DNA of 63,149 bases, filler included, from Chrysochromulina tobinii (Eukaryota), in assembly GCA_001275005.1 (NCBI GenBank). It is 8 parts of 8 records of this genome, joined end to end, with 100 filler letters (N's around TTAATTAATTAA, not from the genome) between each part and the next. Parts side by side here need not be neighbours in the genome. Positions count along the whole stretch, not along the records: positions 38,769 to 46,212 come from JWZX01000219.1; positions 46,313 to 56,190 come from JWZX01000220.1; positions 56,291 to 61,850 come from JWZX01000223.1; 5 more parts are not named here. One strand, given 5' to 3'. Below the pieces are notes generated by a model, which saw only the letters and a list, made by a program, of their open reading frames with translations, was not told where the DNA came from and did no database searches. The translations under genes were made by a program, and so were the position numbers. Shown here one piece after another: positions 44,435 to 56,351 of this stretch (positions are counted from its first letter, which is position 1; each line of letters begins with the position of its first letter).

Positions 44435-46027
44435 TCAATTCGGTCGCGCTGAGGGAGCAACGGACGGCAGGCTCATAGTCTGGCTCCTAGCGGACGCCTG
44501 CAGAGTCGCGGGCTGGCTCTCCGGATGGCTCTTGAGCAAGTTCGCCCTGCTGAGGTTGGCGAGGCGCGCTGAGACATCCCGAGCAGTCTCCATCTCGGCT
44601 GAGCTCGCAGTGGCCGGCTGGCTCTTGAGCTGTGCCTCAGGGCTCGCCTTCATCTGCGGATCGGCGGCGGGGGGGGCGACCAACGCTTCCTTGGGGGGGT
44701 CGACAAAAGGGACGTTCATGACGAGCGCCGGCAGCTCGCTCAGTAATTGGCGCGCGACCGTATGATTCCACAGCCCGATCATAGTCATACGCTCCCGGAG
44801 AGCATTCGGATGGCTCATGTTCGCACGGTAGTTGTCCCAGTCTTGGCGCACCAGCCGGCCAGCGGGTGTGTTGATCGTGAGAAGGTCCGCCTCGCCGACG
44901 ACATGGCGGTACTGCGCACGCGTGGTCGCGTTCCACTCAATGAGCGCATCGAGGCACGCCTGCTCCGCTCCCCTCGAGGTCGCCATCGAGGGGTTGCACA
45001 CGCCCGTGAGCGGCGCCCTCCACCAATCCTCGAGGAGCTCCGGCAGCTTCGGGTGCTCCGCGTTGAACAGGAGCACGCCGACGTTGAAGCGGCAGTTGCC
45101 TAATTTGGACGCACAGCGCCCTTCGTTCGCTTCAAGGATGCCCGGGACGACGCGCTCGACCGCCGCGGCCATGGCGACCTCGGTGAGGCTCGTGGCGCGC
45201 ACAGTGGTCGCGTCGGCAGAGCTGACGCCTGTGGGGCTCGGCTCGGCGGGCGTGCTCATGCTCGGGGGCTCGTATTGGGGGCGCACCCAGAGTGGGAGGC
45301 TAGCAAAGCTGGCGGCGTAGTCGACATCGGGCTGGGAGAGAAAAGCGTCGTCCTCGATCCACGCAATGTACTTGCACGGCTTGCTGCCAGGTGCCATCGA
45401 CTTCCAGTCGTGGAGGAGCTTCTGCACGATCGAGATCTTGTACCAGGAGAGCAGGCGCCCTCCGAGCTTTCCGGGCACCAACCCGTCGTCGTCCACCTCG
45501 GGCGCCGGGATGAGTGTGAAGCGAATGTCCGGTGCGCGGCGCACGATCTCGTGATCGATGAGTGCCGACTGCACGGCGACCGGCAAGTTGAGTGGGTCCG
45601 AGCGCGTGTCAGCCGTGTCCCACAAGCCGGTTGACAGCAGAGAGGCATTGGCTCGCGTCTGGAGCAGGTCTACGTAAGATTGGAGTGCGGCCACCGAGTA
45701 CGCAGGAGACGATTTGACGATTTGCAGCGTGCAGGCACCCGTTTTGGCCACTGCGGGACTCTCAGCAGAGCCCAATCTGTACACCTTGGGACGTCGAACC
45801 GTTGTGAGAACGGTTGGATTCCAGTCGGGACTCGCGCGGTCCACTTCGCGAGAGCCCAATAATTTGTATCGAAGTTCTTCGCCTTGCACTGAGCCTTGGC
45901 CACTCATGGTCGCCGACGAGTGGCCATCTTCTGCTTGAAGGGCGTGCCCGGCTACGGTGTGCAAAGGTATGATGTCCGCCGCCTTGGCCTGGGAGTACGC
46001 GAGTAGCAATGCCAAAGGCCTCAGCAT
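44435..46027 (-). CDS. GT34 (GMA12/MNN10)-like glycosyltransferase
   Basis: Signal peptide MLRPLALLLAYSQAKA; SWYKI, YIAWIEDDAF (DxD-position variant), FNVGVLLF, LLEDWW, EQACL. Confidence 0.65.
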   Translation of the reverse strand: MLRPLALLLAYSQAKAADIIPLHTVAGHALQAEDGHSSATMSGQGSVQGEELRYKLLGSREVDRASPDWNPTVLTTVRRPKVYRLGSAESPAVAKTGACTLQIVKSSPAYSVAALQSYVDLLQTRANASLLSTGLWDTADTRSDPLNLPVAVQSALIDHEIVRRAPDIRFTLIPAPEVDDDGLVPGKLGGRLLSWYKISIVQKLLHDWKSMAPGSKPCKYIAWIEDDAFLSQPDVDYAASFASLPLWVRPQYEPPSMSTPAEPSPTGVSSADATTVRATSLTEVAMAAAVERVVPGILEANEGRCASKLGNCRFNVGVLLFNAEHPKLPELLEDWWRAPLTGVCNPSMATSRGAEQACLDALIEWNATTRAQYRHVVGEADLLTINTPAGRLVRQDWDNYRANMSHPNALRERMTMIGLWNHTVARQLLSELPALVMNVPFVDPPKEALVAPPAADPQMKASPEAQLKSQPATASSAEMETARDVSARLANLSRANLLKSHPESQPATLQASARSQTMSLPSVAPSARPN

Positions 46028-46212
46028 TTTCAGCCAGTTTCCTATTTCGGGCACAGAAGGACTCACAGAAGCGTAAACCGGCTTTTTTTCCGTAGTGTGG
46101 GGCGGAAAAGAAAAAAAAGAAAAAGGCGCCGCAGGCGCCCCAGGGCGCCAGGGAAGACTAAAGGAGACTTGGGATGATACTGTCGATACCTGGTAACACT
46201 TCGGGACCAAGG

Positions 46213-46312
46213 NNNNNNNNNNNNNNNNNNNNNNNNNNNNNNNNNNNNNNNNNNNNTTAATTAATTAANNNNNNNNNNNNNNNNNNNNNNNNNNNNNNNN
46301 NNNNNNNNNNNN
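46213..46312. other. Artificial contig linker
   Basis: N44-TTAATTAATTAA-N44. Confidence 0.99.
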
Positions 46313-46501
46313 ATGGCCGCTGAACCCGGCCGACGACCACATCCTGCGCACGTCGAACACTCAAGCAGCCTGCTTGGCTCGCGCTGGGGCGCTTGCTTCC
46401 CCACCCACCCACTACCTTGGAGCACACGCAGACCCTCCCCCACACCCCCACTTACGGGCTCTTGGCATTGAGACACCATACCGGGCAGATGGTGGCCGGG
46501 C

Positions 46502-48259
46502 TCACGCCATATGCGCATGCGAATAAGCGCACCAGGATGCCTTCTGGCACCCCCTCCGCGTGCACCTCGGCGCATCATCGTACCCCCCCTTCTGCGCCTT
46601 GCGCTTCACCGAGGCCCCGTCCACCTCGTACTCGGCCTCGTACTCGCGCCTCTTCCGGCTCCTCTCGTCTGCGGCCCTCCTCTTGTCGTCCGCGCTAAGG
46701 CTCAGGCCGCCACCCAGCTTGGGAATTAGGCCTGCCAAACCTGTCGTAATCGCGGCGGTGATGGCTTCGGCAATGCGATCCTCGGATTGCGCGCCTGCTG
46801 CCTTCGCAGCCGCCGGCGTGGACAGCTCCGCACTCGAACTCCCCCCCGCCCCGCCCGTCTCCAGCAGGGTTATCAGGTGGACCTCAGCGCGCTTCTTGAG
46901 TTCCCCAAAGTTGGCCCGGAGGGCCCGGGTGAAACTCACTCGCGCGCCGGAGCGCGTGTTGGCGGCGGCGGCGACGTCTCTCAGCGTCAGCTCCACAACC
47001 GACCGCACAACCTTCAGGCTCGCCTTCCCCAGACCGTCGAGGAATCCGAGCCACTCGTTGCAGGCCAGGAAGGAGCAGAAGTCTTCGCTCTCGCACCCCG
47101 GGATATGATGGGGCGGCTTGTCGCACTTCACGCCATACAGCATCACGGCCAGTGACACGAACAGGATGCGCACCTTCGCCAGATACTCCTCCGTGCTCTT
47201 TGGGGGGGCCGCCGTGGGATCGCGGCTTGCATCCTCGACATTTCCCGACTTCGGGTTCAGCATCAACGCCGGGATGTCGGTGGTGTTGAAGACCCCGAGG
47301 GAGTTCGCGAATGGTGCCATCGCGCTCGGGGCCGTCTGCTCCCCTTGGGGCCACACGCCGTTTGCGACGGCGCTCTCATACAGATGAGCGAACACAGTCC
47401 GATTGGCGACATCGCTCAGGGTGACCACGGACTCGGCGTTGGGGCGCTGGTTGAACGCCTCGACTAAGCCGAGTATCCGCGTCACGCTCATCCTCTCCGC
47501 CGCCTGCTTTGACGGTGGCGGCAGGCCCGAAAGGGCGGCGCCGAGCGCATTCGCCATCGCTGCACCGATGGCAGCCGCGGCCGCGCCTGAATCGTGCGGA
47601 ACCATCGCTGTGACAGCCGATGATGCACCACCACTTGGTGAGGCCGTGATCGGCGGCGCGCCGCTGCTGGGCACGGTACACAGCTCGAGCAGCTCGCGCA
47701 ACGCCCCGAGCAGACTGTGGGCGTCGTACACGCCGCCATGCGGGTCGAACGCCGCGTCCTCGGCCACGAGCTCTAAGAACAACAGGCCGCCCAACCGGCG
47801 AAACTCGGCGAGATCGGCCTGGCCTTCTCCCATGACGGTCCGAAGGCGCACATACACATCCGCGCCCGCCGTGACATCCTTCACCTCGAGGTTCTTCACG
47901 TAGGATCGCTGGAGAGGGCACTGATGGCGAGCCTGGGCCATTGCCTGCAGGATTCGCGGGCCGAGCTCTGGGTTCGCCGCCACACCGATCGCGGCCAGCT
48001 CGTCTGAGACGCCTGGGATGGGCGCCGCTCCCACTCCATGCGCCCATGCACCGCCTGCTGCGGCGGGCGCCCCGGCGCTGCCCAGACCTCTAGCTGCAGC
48101 ACCTCTAGCTGCGGGCGGGAGCGGCGATGACCCCCTTGATGACTGCTGGCTGCCGGTGCTCGATGCAGCACCCCCGCCCAAGAGGCCGCCTCCCGCGGCC
48201 GCTACAGCGGCGGCAATCATCGCGAGCCCTCGCTCACCATCGGCCAACGCATTCGCCAT
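46502..48259 (-). CDS. Uncharacterised intronless protein ending in a CCCH-type motif; possibly a retroelement gag-like ORF
   Basis: About 585 aa; C-terminal CTRRGCQKASWCAYSH after a basic stretch. Confidence 0.55.
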   Translation of the reverse strand: MANALADGERGLAMIAAAVAAAGGGLLGGGAASSTGSQQSSRGSSPLPPAARGAAARGLGSAGAPAAAGGAWAHGVGAAPIPGVSDELAAIGVAANPELGPRILQAMAQARHQCPLQRSYVKNLEVKDVTAGADVYVRLRTVMGEGQADLAEFRRLGGLLFLELVAEDAAFDPHGGVYDAHSLLGALRELLELCTVPSSGAPPITASPSGGASSAVTAMVPHDSGAAAAAIGAAMANALGAALSGLPPPSKQAAERMSVTRILGLVEAFNQRPNAESVVTLSDVANRTVFAHLYESAVANGVWPQGEQTAPSAMAPFANSLGVFNTTDIPALMLNPKSGNVEDASRDPTAAPPKSTEEYLAKVRILFVSLAVMLYGVKCDKPPHHIPGCESEDFCSFLACNEWLGFLDGLGKASLKVVRSVVELTLRDVAAAANTRSGARVSFTRALRANFGELKKRAEVHLITLLETGGAGGSSSAELSTPAAAKAAGAQSEDRIAEAITAAITTGLAGLIPKLGGGLSLSADDKRRAADERSRKRREYEAEYEVDGASVKRKAQKGGYDDAPRCTRRGCQKASWCAYSHAHMA

Positions 48260-48967
48260 ACGCGAATCGCGAAATGCAGCGTAAACGGCGGCTGCGGGCA
48301 AGTTTGGCTGTCTCCAGACAAGTCAAGTCAAGTCACCAGTTGACCTCACCTTGCCATTTCACGCACACCGGGCGTCGGTACAGGCGGCACAGCCCAGCAG
48401 CGTACGCCTCCGCACGCGATACCTGTGGCCGCCACCTGTAGTTTGCACATTCATGGCTGCCGGGAGGCACCCATTTACCTGGGCGGAGGGCCCCTGGAGC
48501 CCGTCGGCGCCTAGCGCTGACCGGTGGCCGGGAACCTGTCCGACGCCCGGAGAGGGAGACGGATGATGACCGGGACCTATCACTTGATAACCCCCGGCCC
48601 GTCCATTAGAGTGTATGCGGTCGCCCCCCTTTGGCGCTCCGCTGCGATTCGCGCACTCTCATACTCCCGCATTAGCAACGGTCCTACCATAAGCGTTAGC
48701 AGAGCCCATAGAAGCTCATCTTAACGCTTATATTGATGTCGAGAGCCCAATGAGATTTGGAGGGAGGCCCAAAGAAGTTGCCTCGAACGCTTCATAAGGG
48801 GCTGGCGAGTTTCTCTTTGCGCTTTTCCCTGCGCACCTGACCCGTTCTCAGGAAAGCGTCAGCTCAGCATGCAATTGAAATGTAGGGGGGGGAAGGGGGG
48901 GAAGGGTTTTGTGTGTGGGAAGGTGCAGGATTGAAGATCTGCCCGCCCACCTCGATGAGGAGAGTTC

Positions 48968-51770
48968 ATGCGCGCCCATCGAGGCGTTCAGGTTGTCGTC
49001 GGTGTCAAAGAGGATGCCAGCGTATCACTTGCGCCGCAGCTCGCTCTGCCGAAAGTGCCACGCGTAGCGGCATTCCAGCTTAAGAGTTGCATAGCCGCCC
49101 GCCATCACGTTGAGCGCGAGCAGGCCGCCATAGTAGCAGCCTGCCGCTGCCACGACGGCCGTGAGCACCGCGGTCTCGAAGGCTTGGAACTGGAGGCCGC
49201 CCCAGAAGAGCGCTCGCTCAAGCTCGAGGACCGTCAGGCCGTTGTAGCGTCGGCCGTCTGTTTGCTTGAGCGCAAAGAGCAGCTTCTGCATGCACTGTTG
49301 GCGCTCCAACGTTCGCAGCAGCAGCAGAGGCCGCTTGGAGCTGCTGGGCAATGGCCTGGAGGGCCTGCAGCGGCGCTGGAGGTGGCAACGGTGCAAAAGG
49401 CGCTGGAGGTGGCAATGGTGCTGGAGGTGGCAGTGGCGGGGGAGGAGATGGCGATGGTGGTGCTGAGGGAGGTGGTGGTGATGGTGCCGGCACGTCCTCA
49501 AACTCAAACTCAAACTCATAGTCTGAGTCATCCGAGTGATGTTCTGCGTCTGAATCGCGTGGGCAGCGGCAGCCAGGTCAGGGTTAGTGGGGCAGCCATT
49601 GTTGGGCTTCTGGCGCTGACGTGCAACATAGGCGCGTTGATTACGATCATCATTTGATGATGGCGGTGGCGGTGGCATCGTGGGCATCGGCTGTGGAGGT
49701 GGTGGTGGTGGTGCCGTAGGACGACCACAGTCGTGGTGCATTGTCATGTGGCCCCCGGGAGAGTACACCAACACCCGTCGGATGGTGGCCCCGGCCTCAA
49801 GCAAGATGTTGCTGAGAAGCCCTTGCCCCAGCTTGGAGTGCTCATGTACCTTCGCATCTAGTGAAAGGTATGTATTGGCGGTGGAGTTCTTCCGTCCCGT
49901 TTGAAGCTCGTCTCATCTTTACCTCCTGTCTCGCAGCGCCCACCACCCGTCATATCGTCTACCGTGGCTTCGAAGTTCTGCATGCACTGTTGTCGACGTT
50001 GACGACGTAGAGGTATCGTATTCCCGCAAAGGCCGCCATGAAGCCAAGCCACTCGATTGATACCCACTCGCCATCACCATGAAGCCAAGCCACTCAATTG
50101 ATACCCACTCGCCATCATCATTTTTGGTCGTCATCTTCGCAATCTGGTGCACAATGTCCGGACCGAAGCAATTGGCGGCCCGCACGAACCCAGGCCCATC
50201 ATTTCCACCCTCATAGTGCTCTTTCACGATCCCGCAAGCGCCAGAGCGTAGCTGCAGATCGATGCACCTATCCTTCGCCGGCACCTTTGTCACCGTTGCT
50301 GTGAGTTTATCGTCCGACGGTGCACAGGCAGCCACGAGCGCTGCTGCGGGGTGCGGGCGGGCCAGGCGCTGCGGCCGCTGCGGCCGCTGTGGGGCCCATG
50401 GCATACCAGAACATGTCATAATGGTGATTTGGGAATGAGTGCTTCTCGACGGCTTTGGCCCCCAGCATGAGCATGACGTCGAGTGCGATGGCTTTGCCCA
50501 GATTCCCGATCGCCGTGTTGTCGGCGCCCGCGGCGCCCGGAAACAGCGCCCCCCCAAGAAGCCCAACTCGCCGCGCCAGAGGCTGATCGTGTCGGCCGGG
50601 ATGCGGATCTCGATCTTGAGCTCGCGCGTCGAGTTGGGCTTCTTGGGGGGGCGCGCCCGGTCCTCGTGGGCCTTGATGCCGGCCACCTTGACGTCCAGAC
50701 CTCGACCTCATCGAACCCGCCGTCGCCGTTCGGGTTGGGTACTGGACCAGGATGTCGTACGGGTTGGGGTACTGGACCAGGATGTCGTACGGCCGGCCCA
50801 TCTCAAAGTCCTTGTTCAGCCACTTGATGACCGCCGTCGGGCCCAGCTCAGCGCGGAGGCGGCACACCTCGAGGAACTCGCCGATCTCTTGATCTTGGAC
50901 TTCCTTAGTTTTCCTCTCTGGAGTGCCTTCCCCAGTATCACACGTTGTTGCGTTTTGTTTGTGATCAACTCTTTCCAGGCCTCGGCTATAGGAACAGTGT
51001 TCTTTGCTGGTCTGCATGAGCAGACGCAGCGCCGACCGCATCGGGCCGAGACCTGATCCTGTGGCAGCGCTTCGTACATGTAATTGTTCATGAGCCCAGA
51101 AGAAGTGGCGCCGAGCACCTTGGACCTGACCGGGTCAAAGAGCTCCGCGTGCCCTGGAAAAAGCTCGTCCATATCATCCCGCTGCACATTGGCAGCGGTG
51201 ATGGCATTGAATTTTGTGAGGAATAAGAGGAAGTCGTCTCCAATCAGGAATACCCGGCTTATTGAAGATTTTGGCCCGCGTGCTCAGGAATTTGCGGCTG
51301 TTCACAAGCTTAGAATTGCCATCCTTTGTGCCGGAGTCCGGTTATCTACAGTTTACTTGACGTTGGGGTCCAAAGTAGAACGCACCAGGCACGTCGATCG
51401 GTATTACATCTTACATGTATTCGTTCTCCTGCTTCCCTATCCCTTCAGTCAGGATGCAGGTGCACCACCGCCACGGGGGAGTTTCGCACCAAGTTTCCAT
51501 GTGCTCCGTCCAAGCTTGAATAGCCTCCATGGAGCGGTGGCGCCTCTGGCGACCTCGGGAGCTGGAATCTATGCCAAATCCGATGATCCGCTCGCAGGTG
51601 CGGTGGAACGTCGGATACAGTTGGTCGGATATTCCGTCGCGGCTCGTGCGGGGTTGCTGGCTCAAGACCTTCTCCTTTGAACGTGTTATTTTCCATGACG
51701 AGCTGTGGATCGCATTTGTGCATGAAAACGAGCTGCTCAACTGCACATCTCCGCCTTGCTTTGTCACGCC
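48968..51770 (-). pseudogene. Degraded, frameshifted coding fragments, including DUF3883 (NO VEIN C-terminal)-like and 2OG-Fe(II)-like pieces
   Basis: IGEF...VIKWLNKDFEMGRPYDILV at about 50740-50890; YSPGGHMTMHHD at about 49730-49770; several frame changes and short tandem duplications. Confidence 0.45.
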
Positions 51771-52011
51771 TGGGTGTACCGTACGCGTACCCCCTGGTGA
51801 GCCCGGCCCAGCGGCCCTCGCCCCACGTGAGACGACAGACGTGTGCGCCGCTCGCCTGTCAGGCGTGTTTTACTTACTTACTTACTTGTGGGTCGGGGAC
51901 CCCGAGCGGGACATGTCTGTTACGGCCGCCGCGCCTGTCCGCTCGCCTTCGAGGCGAATACGCTCCCAGTGCGCCGCCGTGCCACACCTCCTCGATCGTG
52001 ATGGCGGCCAG

Positions 52012-53646
52012 CTAGACGGCGGCGGGTGGCACCGTCACCTGCAGGGTGTGGCTCTTCTTAAGGAACTTGGCCTTGGCGGCGTCGGCGTCCATCGGGCGCG
52101 GCCAGCTCAGCTCGAGACGGTATGCATTCGGCGCGACGAGCCGGAAATGGTCCTCGGAGATATCGACCTCGACACCCTCGAGGGACTCGAGCGCGGGCAA
52201 GCTCACTTTGAGGACCACTGGCTCATCGACGCCACTGTCGAGCAGCTCGTGCTCGGGACGGCGCTCGTCGCTCCGCGCGCTGGCGCTCGCCGCGCCGCCG
52301 CCGCCGCTGCTGTGGCCGCTGTAGCCAGTCTCGTAGTGCTGACGGAGTGACTCCCGTTTGGCGGCATGGACGGGGCCTTCCCCGCTGAAGAGATCCCCGC
52401 TGGTGAGGCCGCCGAGGCCGCCGGCGTCGCTCGGGGGCCATGCTGACGGCCCCCCCGAGCTGCCGAGCCCTAGGAGCGAGGCCATCCCGGAGAGCTCCTT
52501 GAGGAACGTGTCCGAATCTGTCTCGGAAGCAATGCGCTCCAGCTCGGCCGTCGAGGGGATCAGTTCGTTGAGGGCAGCCTCCGCGCTTGGCTTGCCTCCG
52601 CCGGACTCGGCAGACCCGTTCGGGTAGAGGGAGCCGCCCGCGCCGTTGAGAAAGCCCTTGTTGAGATTTCCCGCGCCGCCGCCGCCGCCGCCGCCGCCCT
52701 TGGTGCTATTGGCGGCGCCCGCTGTGGCACTCGGCCGCCTGGGTCCCGATCCGTTGGCATAGTCCTCCATCATTTGCTGCTGCTGTTCAGGGGTGGTGGT
52801 GGCGGGGTCGACGACCTTGACGCGGCTGCGCAGCCCCTTGGGCAGGTACCCGAGCGGGTCGCCCGCCACCTTGACGTCGCCGTACAGCATGCCCTCCTCC
52901 GAGCCGTTAGGATAGAGATGGCGTCCCTTGGCCGATTGCGCGCTGAGGAAGCCCTTCTTAATCAGAGGCTGCTGCCTGCGCTCCTCTAGCCGATCGTCCT
53001 CAAACGAGGCGAGCTCCTCGATCTTGGCGCGCGTCGTCTGGCCCGCCGCCTCGCGCTTCGATTTCCAAGGGCCCGCCGCCGCGTGCTGCTGCGCCTGCAG
53101 CTCCGCCACCTCCTGGGCCGAGATGAGGTTGCGCAGCGCCTGGCACGGCACCGGCTGGCGCCCGCCGCCGACACCGCCCTTGTAGGATGCGTTCTTGGGC
53201 AGCGTGTACGCGCGGCCGAGCTTGTACCCGAGGTCCTGCTCCGCGTGCGACAGCGCCAGCTCCACGAGGCGCATGCGCACCATCTTGCTGAGCGCGGGGT
53301 CGATGCCATGCGCCGCTGCCGCGCTGTTGGCGTCCTCGGAAGCGCCGCCCGGGAGCGCGACGTCGAGCACGGCGCTGTTGAACATGACGTCGAAGCACAC
53401 GGCCTCCTCGTCGTCGTCGCCGCCGAGCGCCACCGTGCGCACCGGCGAGAGGAGCAACGGCACCCGCAGGTTGTCGATGCCGCGCGTGCGGAGCACGCCG
53501 TCCTCGACCTCCTGGTCGGCGGGATTGAGCGGCCGCTGGATGGCGGGATGCGAGCAGATGTTGGCGTAGTGCCGCGTGCCGTCCGGCGCCTTCAGCTTCA
53601 CCACGAAGCCGGCGGTCGGCGTGGCGGAAGCAGAAGGCGAGGGCAT
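52012..53646 (-). CDS. PIH1-domain protein with C-terminal CS domain (kintoun/DNAAF2-like family)
   Basis: PTAGFVVK...YANICSHPAI...RVPLLLSP...CFDVMFNSAVL; CS-like VVLKVSLPALES...DADAAKAKFLKKSHTLQVTVP. Confidence 0.8.
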   Translation of the reverse strand: MPSPSASATPTAGFVVKLKAPDGTRHYANICSHPAIQRPLNPADQEVEDGVLRTRGIDNLRVPLLLSPVRTVALGGDDDEEAVCFDVMFNSAVLDVALPGGASEDANSAAAAHGIDPALSKMVRMRLVELALSHAEQDLGYKLGRAYTLPKNASYKGGVGGGRQPVPCQALRNLISAQEVAELQAQQHAAAGPWKSKREAAGQTTRAKIEELASFEDDRLEERRQQPLIKKGFLSAQSAKGRHLYPNGSEEGMLYGDVKVAGDPLGYLPKGLRSRVKVVDPATTTPEQQQQMMEDYANGSGPRRPSATAGAANSTKGGGGGGGGAGNLNKGFLNGAGGSLYPNGSAESGGGKPSAEAALNELIPSTAELERIASETDSDTFLKELSGMASLLGLGSSGGPSAWPPSDAGGLGGLTSGDLFSGEGPVHAAKRESLRQHYETGYSGHSSGGGGAASASARSDERRPEHELLDSGVDEPVVLKVSLPALESLEGVEVDISEDHFRLVAPNAYRLELSWPRPMDADAAKAKFLKKSHTLQVTVPPAAV

Positions 53647-54207
53647 CGGGACGGCCGTTGTCTGCTTCTTTTCCACGCAGCGCGACGAGAAAGCGAGCTC
53701 GAACACGGTCACAACGCGAAAGAAGCGGCGACTCCAATTCGACCCCGATTCGATTCGACACTCCGTCGGAGTAACGCTTGGCTTTCACAGGAAAATTGGT
53801 CAGTGAACGCTAGCGCTTCCTTCTTCACACAATCGATCGGCGCCGTATGTAGGAAGGTGTGACACGAAACTGAGTCGCGGCGGGTAAGTGAGTCGCGCGG
53901 GGATCCCCCGCGAGTCGCGACGCGGGATCGGTCCGTTTCCGCGCGCGATCTCGCGCGCGGGCCGCGACGCGATCTCGCGCGCGGGCCGCGTCGCGAGATC
54001 GCGCGCGATATCGCGCGACTTTGCTCGCGATATCGCGCGCGATGTCGCGTGCATTCTCGCGTGCAGCCTCGCGGCGCGGCCTCGCACGCGTTCTCGGGCG
54101 CAATAGCGCACGCGGCCTCACGCGCGGCCTCACACGCGATCTCGCACACGTTCTCGCACTTGTTCCCGCTCGCGGGCCGCCCCGCGAGCCGCGCCCCCCT
54201 GCCAGCG

Positions 54208-54480
54208 ATGCCTCCGGCCAAGCGTTCGGCGGCCGCAATGGTCTCCTCTCCCCCCGTGGTGAGCGCGGCGTCTCTGACGACCTTGCACCACGTCCCCAGC
54301 CGCTTCCTCGAGCCGTGCCCGCTGCAGGCACGTCCGCCGAGTGCGCCGCCAAGCTCTACTGGCACCCCTTTCGTCGACACGCTGGCGTGGATCGTGGGGG
54401 AGCTGCCTGCAGCGGGCGGAGGCGATCGACGGGGCGAAGGACAGCGGGGCCGTACTACGACATGTCCGAGGCCGTGTGCT
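54208..54480 (+). pseudogene. Degenerate upstream copy of the 5' end of the gene at 55270
   Basis: Shares CTCCTCTCCCCCCGTGGTGAGCGCGGCGTCTCTGACGAC and downstream sequence with 55270-55460, but with indels. Confidence 0.7.
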
Positions 54481-55269
54481 CCTACGACGCCCTACGCCTT
54501 GGGCTGGACGCGTTCGGGATACTAGTCCGTGGACCGAGCCGCCTGGGAAAGCGTGGGCGCGTGGTAGGCAGCATCGCAGCTCGTCGGCAGCACGGCCCGG
54601 AATGCCTACTTCCAAGGGGAAGCGCAGCGGCTGTGCGTTGCGCACCGTGTGTGCCCGCCGCAGTGCCTGGTTGTGTTGCTTCATCAGGGCAGCTTCGTAC
54701 GGCTGCTGCCTGCTTATCCTGTAAGCACGCAGCAGCCGTCTTTGCGTCACCCGGCCTCTCGGGCTGCCCTCCCAGTGGGTGGGCGGCTCGAGGGGGCCTC
54801 CAAACTCCTTTGGGGCGCCCACGCAGGTGTGCGGCAGCCCTCTCGAGTGCTATCCTCTCATGGGCCGGAACGGGCGCCGGTTCTGCGCGTGTATTCGTTT
54901 GGGTGAGAGGGCGTTTCGTGCAGACGCCTTCTCTTTTTAAGGTGTGCCGGAAGGCGTTACGCAAGCATCATCTCGCGCGCTCAGCTCGGTTGGTGTTAGT
55001 TTGGCTACTGTGCAAACTTTTACTTTAGATTCCGCTTTCAATCGCAGAGATTACGTGTTCCCATTGTTAATACGCCTGTGGGTGTTATGGCGGGCGCGGC
55101 ACGTTCTAAGCACGTTCTATCGTGTATTATATCAAAGTGACACGGCAAAAGGGGCGGTTGGTCCAGACCAGATTTTTGCGTTTGGGAAATTAGGATGCAT
55201 GCAAAAGGTACGAAAAAGACTCTTCTTATTGTAACGGGACAGGCACGACGTGAAACTCTAGTCGCAGCG

Positions 55270-56190
55270 ATGCCTCCCAAACGAAAGGCGGCCGCGATGG
55301 AGGGCTCCTCTCCCCCCGTGGTGAGCGCGGCGTCTCTGACGACGCTGCACCAAGTCCTCAGCTGCTTCCTCGAGCCGTGCTCGCAGGGCACGTCCCCCGT
55401 GGGCGCTGCCAAGGTCTACTGGCACCAAATCGTCGACACTCTGGCTTTGATTATGGGGGAGCCTGCATTGGATTTCCTTAAACCACATCGTGGGACGAAA
55501 GACGGTCGCGCTCGCGATCGCTACATGCGGGATGCGATGCTCGCCGATACGCGCATCCAATCGCTGCTAGAGTCCCATGGGACTGGCGGCTCTTGGTTCA
55601 ACGAGGGACGTGCGATTAGGGCCGATGATGGGAACGGGAAGCTCGTGCCTTCCCATAAGTTTCTGCAATGGCGCTTGGCCACCGACACGGGGGAGGTCGT
55701 CGCTGGCGAGGCTTCGGACGTTACAGGTGCGCGCATTTCATGGCGCGCAGCCGACGCTGGTTCTTCGCGTGAAACGGTGCGCCTTTATCTGGCGTCGCTC
55801 GCAGCGGAGCTTGGCCACCGAGACGTGATCGCCGCTGCAGGGGGACGCCTTCAACGTCCTTCAGAGTGGGATGGCTCGGTCGTGGCATTCTTTTATGTCG
55901 TTGATCAGCTCCTCTCCGACCCAGGTGCGTGCGCGCGCCGCCGCCATTGACGCGCGTGCCTCCGCTCACATCTGTTCGTGTTGCCGCGCCCGCAGACTCG
56001 GGCCAGCTGCAGATCAAGGAGGTGCTCCCGATCCCATACACCGTGTACATGAACGTGGATCGCAATCAGGCGCGCATCTTCCTGTTCGGCATCGGCACCA
56101 AGGACACGGTAGTGGTCGAGACGTCCGGCTACTCGGAGCTCATCATCGGCGTGCTCAAGAAGCAGCACGACTCGTCCAGGAAGGAGAAGC
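55270..56190 (+). CDS. Uncharacterised protein (exons 55270-55924, 55996-56190); 3' partial
   Basis: MPPKRKAAA start; GT-AG intron 55925-55995 joins two open frames. Confidence 0.55.
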
Positions 56191-56290
56191 NNNNNNNNNN
56201 NNNNNNNNNNNNNNNNNNNNNNNNNNNNNNNNNNTTAATTAATTAANNNNNNNNNNNNNNNNNNNNNNNNNNNNNNNNNNNNNNNNNNNN
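56191..56290. other. Artificial contig linker
   Basis: N44-TTAATTAATTAA-N44. Confidence 0.99.
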
Positions 56291-56351
56291 CCGCCGCCGC
56301 CGCCGTCGGCCGCCGGCCGCCCGAGCTGCTGACGTTCTCAACGGGGAAGAC

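Noticed and set aside
48885..48920. G-run cluster (G-quadruplex-like)
   Set aside because: Isolated intergenic low-complexity tract with no supporting context
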